NCBI GenBank assembly: GCA_052246995.1
Contig: JBQPWD010000002.1
Coordinates: 64,001 to 128,000 of the forward strand
Origin: Candidatus Bathyarchaeota archaeon
GTDB taxonomy: Archaea; Thermoproteota; Bathyarchaeia; Hecatellales; Hecatellaceae
Reading direction: 5' to 3'
Length of the DNA: 64,000 nt
In this document: piece after piece, positions 17,883-26,284 of the stretch
How positions within the stretch are numbered: position 1 is the stretch's first letter
How the letters are laid out: every line of letters starts with the position of its first letter
Notes under the pieces: model-generated
Databases searched by the model: none
Seen by the model: the letters and a program-made list of their open reading frames with translations, nothing else
Told to the model about the DNA's origin: nothing
Translations under genes and position numbers: made by a program

Positions 17883-18971
17883 ATGGAAAAACTTAAACCT
17901 AAACAAAAATTTTTTTTACCTGTTTTTACTCTTATCACGCTTACATTTATCCTGCTTTTATTAACATCCCCATCAGTTTTAGCCTACACAAGCACAATCA
18001 TAATTGAAACAAATAAACAGTACTATAAGCTTGACGACCCCCTCCTAGTTAGCGGGGTAGCCTCACCCTACTCATCCTTAACAATACAGTTAATCAACCC
18101 TAAAGGTGAAAGAACAGCCATAGCTCAAGTTGAAGCTGACAGTAGAGGATGGTGGGGTCCTGTAGACATCTACCGCTTCTCAGCCAGAGATGTCGAGGGA
18201 GAATGGGTAATAAAGGTTTACCATGAAGGATGGTTTAACAAAACAGTATTTTTAGATCTATCCCCACCAACAATAAGCATCCTACTAAGCCCTGAAAAGA
18301 AAATCTACAAAGATGAAGTTTTAACCATAATTATCTCTGGAAATGAAAGACTTGGAAAGGTAGTGGTAAACGTAACCCAAGCCAACCTTCCACAAAAAAG
18401 CCCAGACGTATCCAGCGTAGACGGGAAAACATGGATTGCAAGATACCATATCCAGCCAGGTTTTGAAGGAATATCAACAATCAAAGTATACGCTGAGGAC
18501 TTAGCAGGACATCCTGCAACATCAACCATAATCTTTAACGTTGACACAACCCCACCAAAAGTAGCAATAACAGAAATACCCGCAAAAACAGAATCAGCGT
18601 TAATCAAAGTTAAAGGAACAGTTAACGAACCTGTAAACTATGTTGAAATTTTCACTCCAGGTTTAACACCTGTAAAAACACCTGTCAACATAAAAACCCT
18701 AACATGGGAAGCTGAACTTCCCCTCTCCACAAGAGGAGACAACATAATTAGGGTTGTAGCTGTTGATGAAGCTGGAAACATAGGAGAAGACTCAAAAGTT
18801 GTCTACTACGTTGAACCTTTAGAGGTTGTTAAAAACGAAATTAAAACTTTACGAGAAGACATAAACATACTTAAAATATTCATACTTACAGCAGCAGCAT
18901 TATCAATACTGGCAGCAGCATTCTCAATAATCTCAGTAATAACAATAACCAGAAGAATAGTTGTAAAGTAG
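17883..18971 (+). CDS. Membrane-anchored multi-Ig (Big-like) surface protein
   Basis: Signal peptide; DTTPP and AVDEAGN Ig motifs; short coiled coil and C-terminal TM; first domain paralogous to previous gene (IQL.NP....A.AQ.EAD). Confidence 0.75.
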   Translation: MEKLKPKQKFFLPVFTLITLTFILLLLTSPSVLAYTSTIIIETNKQYYKLDDPLLVSGVASPYSSLTIQLINPKGERTAIAQVEADSRGWWGPVDIYRFSARDVEGEWVIKVYHEGWFNKTVFLDLSPPTISILLSPEKKIYKDEVLTIIISGNERLGKVVVNVTQANLPQKSPDVSSVDGKTWIARYHIQPGFEGISTIKVYAEDLAGHPATSTIIFNVDTTPPKVAITEIPAKTESALIKVKGTVNEPVNYVEIFTPGLTPVKTPVNIKTLTWEAELPLSTRGDNIIRVVAVDEAGNIGEDSKVVYYVEPLEVVKNEIKTLREDINILKIFILTAAALSILAAAFSIISVITITRRIVVK

Positions 18972-19068
18972 TGCTTTTTACGTAAAACACAATATATTAT
19001 AATAGTATGCTGTATACTGCAAACCCTAAACAACTAAAACTTTTTTAAGATGAACAGTTAGTTTTTAT

Positions 19069-19269
19069 TTGGTGGTTAAAATGAAAACCCACTCAGAAGA
19101 GCAAGTGGAACAAGTCAAGTCACTTCTTAGAAAAGGCAAAACATACGAGGAAATTGCTAAAGAATGTAACCTACCACCAGAAACCGTAAAAAAGTATATT
19201 AAAAATATTATAGAAGAAGAATTTTCCGAGGAAGATGTAAAGCTCAGTTTTGAAAGCTGCTGCCACTAA
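19069..19269 (+). CDS. Small HTH protein with C-terminal CCH tail
   Basis: LRKGKTYEEIAKECNLPPETVKKY HTH; ends ESCCH. Confidence 0.7.
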   Translation: MVVKMKTHSEEQVEQVKSLLRKGKTYEEIAKECNLPPETVKKYIKNIIEEEFSEEDVKLSFESCCH

Positions 19270-19451
19270 ACTTTTTTTAAACTTTAAATTCCAGTTACAA
19301 ACAACATTCCACATCTTTTAAATTCCCTTTTACCAGGTTGACCTCCAAGTCAAACAACTTAAATGTAACAGCTTTATGAAAGCCTAAACTTGAAGTAAAC
19401 CAGTTAAGAAAAACTTAGACAGGTTGCACATAGATTTCTACCTAACTAAAA

Positions 19452-20087
19452 CTAACTTAACAGCCTAACTATGTTACGCATATCTCCTCCTAACACTCCC
19501 AGATTTAACTTGGACGTTGTATATTGCTGTTTAACTTTTTTTCCAAGATAGATTTTAACAACCTCAGGTAAAATCTCATCCAAAATTTTCTTTGATGGTA
19601 AACCGTAAATTAAACCTTTACAAAACGTGTCAACATAAATGTAAAAGTTTAACCCGTTATGGCTGTAGCATGCAAACTCCCCGTAACCATAAACAGGCTT
19701 TTCCTTAACGTAAAACGGCCAAAGCATACATGCCCTAGGCTTAATAGACTGTAACCCGCAAATCCACCTACCACCAATTCTGCGAAGAAAAACACATGAA
19801 CCATCAACCCCCCTCCTTAAAACAAGCTTTCCAAGACTAGAAACTACAACATCACCATAAATCCTAGTAATCCTTAACCACTCATCAACACTAAGATTAA
19901 CATTATACTTTCTACAACAATCACCACAATTTACACACTCCCAGCTATAAATAAAACGCCAAGGTATAAACCCGCTTGAGGCTTTCAAAACCCTTGGAAA
20001 AATAAGCCAAAAATTTCCAACAAAACCTTGATTTTCAAAACCCAGCCTGTTAACGTTAAAAAAAGCCTTCAACCCGTCAACCGCCAC
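19452..20087 (-). CDS. YkgJ-family cysteine cluster (Fe-S/Zn) protein
   Basis: CVNCGDCC, CVFL, C...KPRACMLWPF; true start probably downstream of the called one. Confidence 0.82.
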   Translation of the reverse strand: MAVDGLKAFFNVNRLGFENQGFVGNFWLIFPRVLKASSGFIPWRFIYSWECVNCGDCCRKYNVNLSVDEWLRITRIYGDVVVSSLGKLVLRRGVDGSCVFLRRIGGRWICGLQSIKPRACMLWPFYVKEKPVYGYGEFACYSHNGLNFYIYVDTFCKGLIYGLPSKKILDEILPEVVKIYLGKKVKQQYTTSKLNLGVLGGDMRNIVRLLS

Positions 20088-20245
20088 CGGATAGTTAACA
20101 TTTTATTAACTATCCGCTTCACCTCAGCCTTTAAGGCTTCATGGCGGTTTTTAATTCAACTCTTCAACAAAATAGCCTTAAAACCATATAAAGTTAACTA
20201 CTCAAAAACCCTCAGCATGAGGAAATTTTACACCTTAAAAAAGCT

Positions 20246-20283
20246 TATGAAACTCTTTTGGAATGTAGATTCTCATGCTTTTT
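20246..20283 (+). repeat. Dispersed ~39-bp intergenic repeat, copy 2
   Basis: Matches reverse complement of 8964-9002 with ~4 mismatches; followed by 8-9-bp periodic sequence. Confidence 0.8.
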
Positions 20284-20375
20284 AAACTGGTTGACGCTTA
20301 CAAATTTACCCATTTCCAGCTTTTTTAGCTATTTTGGCTATTTGGCGAATTGGCTACGGATTCTTGAAAGGATAA

Positions 20376-20738
20376 TCAGAATGCTAGTAATGCTTCAACT
20401 TTCTTAAGCTGTCTTGTTACAGGGTCTACTTCAAGCCTTAAACCCTTAAGTGCATCAACACCTAAAACTTCAGCATCTTCACTCTCGGCGAAAACAACTA
20501 TTCTTGTAGCTTTCTCACCTAAACATTCAACCACAGCCTCACCAATTTCACGCTCAATCACCCTACCCTCAATAGTCTTAAACTTCCATTTTGATGTTGA
20601 TTTTATGTCAAGTTTTTCAAGTTTTTCACGCTTAACCCAGCTGTACGCGCTACCAGTATCCACCAACAACTCTAAATCTAAAGATTTAGACACCTCATAA
20701 GGATTGTAGAGTTTAACTTTAGCTGTTGTATGTCCCAT
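20376..20738 (-). CDS. Clan AA (retropepsin-like) aspartyl protease
   Basis: LLVDTGS catalytic motif; VLGVDAL.GL.LEVDP. Confidence 0.85.
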   Translation of the reverse strand: MGHTTAKVKLYNPYEVSKSLDLELLVDTGSAYSWVKREKLEKLDIKSTSKWKFKTIEGRVIEREIGEAVVECLGEKATRIVVFAESEDAEVLGVDALKGLRLEVDPVTRQLKKVEALLAF

Positions 20739-20870
20739 AATACTTCACCTATAAATAGTAATGACATATTTTAAGTTTCATTTCACTCCTTTTGGTTTTT
20801 CGTCACGGCTTGTTGAAGTAAAACAGACATATTTTTATGTTAACTTCCACAAAAAATAGAGTAGAAAGCC

Positions 20871-21440
20871 TTGAATAGAAAATTTTTAGCTGCGCGTGGA
20901 GACCTTGTAGAGAAGATTAAATACCTTGCTAAAAAAAGAAACTTAACATTGTACTCTGTTGTAAACGAAATCTTAGAACAGTCTTTAAAGTTAGAAGCTA
21001 CAGGTAAAACTCTTTCACAAGTTATTGAGGAATACAACATAGTTAAGGCTGTTAAAGATGCAGGCTTCATCCTAACACCTAGAATACTATGGTATGAGCT
21101 TCTAAAAAAACAGGATAATTTAAACATCACCAAATTTTGGAGTGAAACTGGAGAATGGTTTGGAAAATACTGTAAAACAGTTTTCCCCCAAGAAGATATA
21201 CAAAAACTTTTAGAGAAAGTTATCAGCATAGTTTTCTGGGACCTTTCAGAGTGTATTTTAAAAATGGATGGTGAAAAAGCTTTAATCCGATGTATAAGCT
21301 CAAACTACTCAGAACTTCAAACAAACATTTTATGGGCCTTCCTTTCAGGAATGATGAAGGCTTTCAACTATAAAGCGTTAAAAACCGAGGTAGTTAAAGG
21401 AATTGTTGCCGCAACCTTTGTAAGAGAAATAGGTGGATAG
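20871..21440 (+). CDS. RHH domain + V4R/HNOB-like domain protein
   Basis: N-terminal KFLAARGDLVEKIKYLAKKRNLTLYSVVNEIL (RHH pattern); C-terminal W.ETGEWFG...FLSGMM fold pattern. Confidence 0.6.
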   Translation: MNRKFLAARGDLVEKIKYLAKKRNLTLYSVVNEILEQSLKLEATGKTLSQVIEEYNIVKAVKDAGFILTPRILWYELLKKQDNLNITKFWSETGEWFGKYCKTVFPQEDIQKLLEKVISIVFWDLSECILKMDGEKALIRCISSNYSELQTNILWAFLSGMMKAFNYKALKTEVVKGIVAATFVREIGG

Positions 21441-22059
21441 GGAAGTGTCAACATCAAAAAAGTTTGTTGCTGTACGAGGAGACCTTTTACAAAAAATAAT
21501 TGAAATATCCAACAGGAAAGGTAAAACTGTTTATGGATTTGTAAATGAAATGTTTGAACAGGCAATAAAAGCTGAAGAACTTGATTCAACCCTACCTGAA
21601 ATTGTGGATTTTTACGTTTTAGTTAAAGCTTTAAGAAAAGCTGGAGCAGCACTCATCTTCTCAGACATTTTAAACTACTCCATAAAAAGGTTGTATGAGG
21701 TTGAAAAGGAAAAGCTTTTAAAAAGCTGGTTTTCCTCAGGTTTATGGTATGGAAAATTTTTAAAAGCAAAATTTCAAGAACCACTAGAAGTTTTAAAAAA
21801 GGTTTTAACAAGCCTCTTCTTCTTTGAAATCTCTGAAGTTGAATTTTTAAACACTGGTGGAAACAAGTTTACCCTTAAAGTTATCTCTCCAAACCAGCCT
21901 CAAGAAAACACTGAGCTTTTATCAAGCTTTCTTGAAGGATTTTTAGACGCATTAGAATTTAACATCTTAAACAGGGATTGCTGGCGTGGTATAATAGTTT
22001 TTGAAGTTGAAAAAAGAACAAAACTTTCAGAAATGGGCCTCACAGACATGGAAGAATAA
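21433..22059 (+). CDS. RHH domain + V4R/HNOB-like domain protein (paralog)
   Basis: KFVAVRGDLLQKII.I..RKGKTVYGFVNEMFEQAI; WFSSGLWYGK...FLEGFL; overlaps previous gene. Confidence 0.6.
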   Translation: MDREVSTSKKFVAVRGDLLQKIIEISNRKGKTVYGFVNEMFEQAIKAEELDSTLPEIVDFYVLVKALRKAGAALIFSDILNYSIKRLYEVEKEKLLKSWFSSGLWYGKFLKAKFQEPLEVLKKVLTSLFFFEISEVEFLNTGGNKFTLKVISPNQPQENTELLSSFLEGFLDALEFNILNRDCWRGIIVFEVEKRTKLSEMGLTDMEE

Positions 22060-22296
22060 GCTTTCCAACATGTTAAAAGATAGTTACATATAAATCAAAC
22101 TTTCATTCAAACCTCACCTAAAATTGAATTGACACCATTTTTTTCAAGTTTAAAGTTAAACTTTACCTGTAAAATTTCTCAAACATTTTACCCTTATTTT
22201 AACTAAAAAAATTTACAAGCTTAATAGAGTTTTAAGTTAACTATTTAAATGCGCAACTTACAGCTTAAAAAGTTAACCTAAAGTGGAGGGTTAACA

Positions 22297-22947
22297 TTGA
22301 CAAAGCTAACAAAAAACTGGGAAAAAGAATCTCAAGAATCCATTATTAAAAAGATAGGTGAAAAAATACACCATAAAAAAGAGTCCCTCAGGGAAAGAAT
22401 AGAGTATGTTTTATGGAAGCTTAAAACTCAGCATGAAAAACTTGAACAAGCATTAACAAGAATGCAAAACCATGATAAAGAGCTTTTCGAAAAATGTGTA
22501 AAAGCTGAACTTTCAAGAGACCATGCCCGTGCAACAATCTACGCTAATGAATGCGCTGAAGTCAGAAAAATGGCTAGAATAATGATTTTAAGCCAACTTG
22601 CACTGGAAAAAGTTATGCTAAGACTTGAAACAGTTAAAGAGTTTGGTGAAACATTAAAAGAAATAGCTCCAGTTTCAGGTGTAATCCACAACATTAAAGG
22701 TAGACTTTCAGGAATCATCCCCGAAGTATCATATGAGCTTGGAGCTATAAGCGAAATGCTGGATGGAATGGTTACTGAGGTTGGTGAAGCCTCAGGAGTA
22801 ACAATACCGTTTAAAGCTGAAAACGAGGAGTCAAAAAGAATACTTGAAGAGGCCTCAGCTGTTGTTGAACAGAAAATGAAGGAAAAGTTTCCAGAAACAC
22901 CACCAATCTACAAAGAACCCTCAACCAGCAGCTTACATCTAACATAA
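22297..22947 (+). CDS. cdvB1: ESCRT-III/Snf7 family protein (CdvB1/2-like)
   Basis: LFEKCV.A......RATIYANECAEVRKMA...LALEKV.LRLETV; C-terminal FPETPP (MIM2-like). Confidence 0.85.
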   Translation: MTKLTKNWEKESQESIIKKIGEKIHHKKESLRERIEYVLWKLKTQHEKLEQALTRMQNHDKELFEKCVKAELSRDHARATIYANECAEVRKMARIMILSQLALEKVMLRLETVKEFGETLKEIAPVSGVIHNIKGRLSGIIPEVSYELGAISEMLDGMVTEVGEASGVTIPFKAENEESKRILEEASAVVEQKMKEKFPETPPIYKEPSTSSLHLT

Positions 22948-22960
22948 CGGCTGGTGGAGG

Positions 22961-23905
22961 ATGAAGTATCCCCGTAAAATTTTTAAAAATATTTTGGAGG
23001 TTTTTGGTAAAATGCGTTTTCACTTTAGCTTCTCAAGAACACCCTTAAAGGAGAAAATTTCTCAGGCAATTTTTAGGCTTGAAACCCAGCTAAACAAGCT
23101 TGAACAATCAGCCTCAAAACTTCATCAAAGAGATAGAGAAATGTTTGAGAGATGTATTGGTGCTAAAGCCTCGGGGGACGATGCACGTGCAACAATGTAT
23201 GCTAACGAATGTGTTGAAATCAGAAAAATAGCAAAGATTATACTTGCATCACAACTTGCAATAGAAAAAGTTATCCTTAGACTTAGAACAGTTGAAGACG
23301 TTGGAGACCTTTTAAATCAAATGTCCCCTGTGGCTGGAATAATAAAGGAAACAAGAAACAAGCTTAAGGGGATTGTTCCAGAAGTAGCTTATGAGCTTGA
23401 AGAAATAAACAACATGCTTGGAAACACCATAATAGAGGCTGGAAAAGCCCCGTTAGAGGAGGCAGCATCAGAGGTTACGTCAGACGAGGCTAAAAAAATT
23501 CTTGCTGAAGCAGCAACAATAGCTGAGCAAAAAATGGGTGAAATCTATCCAAAGCTTCCAATACCACCTCAACCTGAACCTAAAGTTGAGAAGCCTGTAG
23601 AGGCTGTATCACAAGCAGCTTCACAACCAATTCAACAGCCTGAACCTCAACAAACAAAACCAACCCCTGAAGAACCTATCAAACCAGTTATGGAAAAGAT
23701 GGTGGAAGAGTCTAAACCTCAGCCATTAAAAGAACTATCCTTAGAAGATTTAGAAAAACTTGAAGGGGAAGTTTTAAACTACATTTACAATCATGGTGGA
23801 GAACTAAGCATAAAAAAATGTGCTGAAACTTTAAATGTGGATGTTGAAGACGTTAGAAAAGTGTTGACAAAGCTGGAGAAAGATGGAAAAATAGTTATAG
23901 TTTAG
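22961..23905 (+). CDS. cdvB: ESCRT-III protein CdvB with Pro-rich linker and C-terminal winged helix
   Basis: Snf7 core (RATMYANECVEIRKIA); YPKLPIPP MIM2-like; C-terminal VLNYIYNHGGELSI..CA..L wH domain. Confidence 0.88.
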   Translation: MKYPRKIFKNILEVFGKMRFHFSFSRTPLKEKISQAIFRLETQLNKLEQSASKLHQRDREMFERCIGAKASGDDARATMYANECVEIRKIAKIILASQLAIEKVILRLRTVEDVGDLLNQMSPVAGIIKETRNKLKGIVPEVAYELEEINNMLGNTIIEAGKAPLEEAASEVTSDEAKKILAEAATIAEQKMGEIYPKLPIPPQPEPKVEKPVEAVSQAASQPIQQPEPQQTKPTPEEPIKPVMEKMVEESKPQPLKELSLEDLEKLEGEVLNYIYNHGGELSIKKCAETLNVDVEDVRKVLTKLEKDGKIVIV

Positions 23906-23948
23906 GCATATGCAAAAAGGAAAAATAGGCTGTTAGGGTAAGGGCGGG

Positions 23949-25073
23949 ATGAACGGGCTTACCGAGCTTGAAAAGTATGCCTTAAACTATGCTAATGAAG
24001 CTGTTAAACTTGACCGTCAAGGTTTAAAAAACCAGGCTGTTGAGAAGTATCAAAAAGCTGTTGAAGTTTTACTTAAAATTTGCAACCTTTACCCTAACAC
24101 TCCTCAAAGCAGAATATACCTTAAATATGTTGAATCTTACAAACGTAGAATAGAAGATATCAAGGGAAACCATGAAGAGGAGCTGGAAACATCAAACATA
24201 GATAAAGAAAAAGTTGTACTACAAACAGAAAAGCCAGGTGTAAAGTGGAACGAAATAGCGAACCTTGAAGAAGCAAAAAAAGCAATTCAAGAAGCAATAA
24301 TCTACCCTGTTAAAAGACCAGACCTTTTCCCTCTGGGATGGCCTAGAGGAATCCTACTTTTTGGCCCTCCAGGTTGCGGTAAAACTTTGCTTGCAGCTGC
24401 GGTTGCAAGCGAGATTGATGCAAACTTTTACTCTGTTGATGCAGCGTCAGTAATGTCTAAATGGCTTGGAGAATCTGAAAAAAACGTTGCAGCACTTTTT
24501 ACAGAAGCAAGAAAGTCTGCTGAAAACGGTAAACCTTCGATAATATTTGTTGATGAAGTTGACTCTTTAACAAGAACCTTCTCAACAGAGGTTGGAGGTG
24601 AAACTAGGGTTAGAAACCAATTTCTCAAAGAAATGGATGGAATAAACGACAAAAACAGAAAACATTTTGTCTACGTTATTGCAGCCACAAACAAACCATG
24701 GCTTCTAGACGAACCCTTTATCAGAAGATTCCAAAAAAGAATTCTCATCCCGCCTCCAGATTATCATGCCCGCCTAGAAATGTTTAAAATTTACGGTAAA
24801 GACCTAAACTTATCACCAAACGTGGATTTCATGGAGCTTGCAAGAAAAACTGAAGGTTACAATGGAAGTGATATAAGAGACATCTTCCAAACAGTTCAAC
24901 TTAAAGTTGTAAGAGAATTTTTTAACAACCAAAAAGCCGACGACCCCAACCTAAAACCAAGACCAATTCAAATGGAAGACTTTCTAGAAATTATTGAAAA
25001 AAGAAAACCAAGCATCTCACAAGAAATGTTAAAACAATATGTTAACTGGTTTGAAAAGTTTAAAGCCCTATAA
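23949..25073 (+). CDS. cdvC: Vps4/CdvC AAA+ ATPase with MIT domain
   Basis: MIT (A..AV.LD..G....A...YQKAVEVL); GPPGCGKT; SKWLGESEK; IIFVDE; RRFQKR; C-terminal FEKFKAL. Confidence 0.93.
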   Translation: MNGLTELEKYALNYANEAVKLDRQGLKNQAVEKYQKAVEVLLKICNLYPNTPQSRIYLKYVESYKRRIEDIKGNHEEELETSNIDKEKVVLQTEKPGVKWNEIANLEEAKKAIQEAIIYPVKRPDLFPLGWPRGILLFGPPGCGKTLLAAAVASEIDANFYSVDAASVMSKWLGESEKNVAALFTEARKSAENGKPSIIFVDEVDSLTRTFSTEVGGETRVRNQFLKEMDGINDKNRKHFVYVIAATNKPWLLDEPFIRRFQKRILIPPPDYHARLEMFKIYGKDLNLSPNVDFMELARKTEGYNGSDIRDIFQTVQLKVVREFFNNQKADDPNLKPRPIQMEDFLEIIEKRKPSISQEMLKQYVNWFEKFKAL

Positions 25074-25150
25074 CCTAAAATTTCTAGGTTTTTAGTTTTT
25101 ACAATTTAACCTTTTAACGTTTAAATTTGGCATAGTTGTAAATTAAAGCT

Positions 25151-26281
25151 ATGGAAATAAACTCTCCAGACAAAAACCTTTTAGTTAAAACTTTAGTTGA
25201 ACTTGTTCAAACACCAAGTTTAAGTTTAAACGAGAAAGAAATTGCTGAAAAAATTTTTAAAATGTTTGAGGAGTTTGGCTACAAACCAAAGATGGATGAA
25301 TACTATGATGTTATAGTTGAAGTTGGCAGTGGAAAGAAAACCATACTTCTAAACTCACATACAGATACAGTTCCACCAGTTGGAGATTGGAGTATAAACC
25401 CTTATGCTGGTAAAGTTGCTGGTGGAAGGGTTTACGGTCTTGGAGCCTCAGACAACAAGTGTGGTGTTGCCGCTATGGTTGAAATTGCAAGAATTTTCAG
25501 TTTTAAACCTCCAAACGGTAAAGTAGTTTTCCTGTTTACAAGTAGAGAGGAAAGCGAAAAGGATGAAGCTAGAAAAGCCTTAATTGGTAAGGTTGAAGCT
25601 AACCTTGGAATATGTCTAGACCACTACATTTCCGCTAAAAACAAGGTTGCTGATATAGTGGTTGGCTGTAAAGGTATAGCCAATTTTACATTAAAAGTTT
25701 ACGGGAAAGCATACCACTCATCAGAACCTGAAAAAGCTGTAAATGCAATTTATAGAGCTGTAGACGTTGTGGAAGCTGTAAAAAAAGCCAAATTTCCGTC
25801 AATATTTAAACCTCTAAAAGAGAAAGCTGTTGCAAGTATAACAAAAATAAGTAGTAATGGTTGGGCTACAAGAATACCTGACCAATGCAACTTAACAATA
25901 AACTATAGAGCTCTACCTAGAGAAAAAAGGGATAAAGCTGAAAAAAGAATTTTTAAACTTGTAAAAGGAGTTTTAAAAAAAGACTTCAACTTAACCTTAG
26001 ACACCTTTCACGAAGGTTACCTTATAAACTTAAAACATGAAGTTGTTAAGGCTGCGGTTAAAACCGCAAAACAAATCAAGTTTAAACCTAAACTATCCAT
26101 AGCTAAAGGCTGGGTTGACGCTGCATTTTTTAACCATACTTTAAACATTCCAACAATCTGTATAGGACCTGGAACTCAAGGTCAAGCTCATGTTAAGGAT
26201 GAGTATGAGGATATAGAAGACCTTTACCATGGAACTTTACTTGTCTACAAAACTGTTTTAAACATTTTAGGTGAAAGTTAA
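25151..26281 (+). CDS. M20 family metallopeptidase/deacylase (ArgE/DapE-like)
   Basis: NSHTDTV, GLGASDNK, REE, G...H and AHVKDE. Confidence 0.88.
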   Translation: MEINSPDKNLLVKTLVELVQTPSLSLNEKEIAEKIFKMFEEFGYKPKMDEYYDVIVEVGSGKKTILLNSHTDTVPPVGDWSINPYAGKVAGGRVYGLGASDNKCGVAAMVEIARIFSFKPPNGKVVFLFTSREESEKDEARKALIGKVEANLGICLDHYISAKNKVADIVVGCKGIANFTLKVYGKAYHSSEPEKAVNAIYRAVDVVEAVKKAKFPSIFKPLKEKAVASITKISSNGWATRIPDQCNLTINYRALPREKRDKAEKRIFKLVKGVLKKDFNLTLDTFHEGYLINLKHEVVKAAVKTAKQIKFKPKLSIAKGWVDAAFFNHTLNIPTICIGPGTQGQAHVKDEYEDIEDLYHGTLLVYKTVLNILGES

Positions 26282-26284
26282 AGC

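Noticed and set aside
22060-22296. Repeated GTTAAC palindromes upstream of cdvB1 and the RHH genes
   Set aside because: GTTAAC is very frequent throughout this AT-rich sequence, including coding regions; not distinguishable from background by eye
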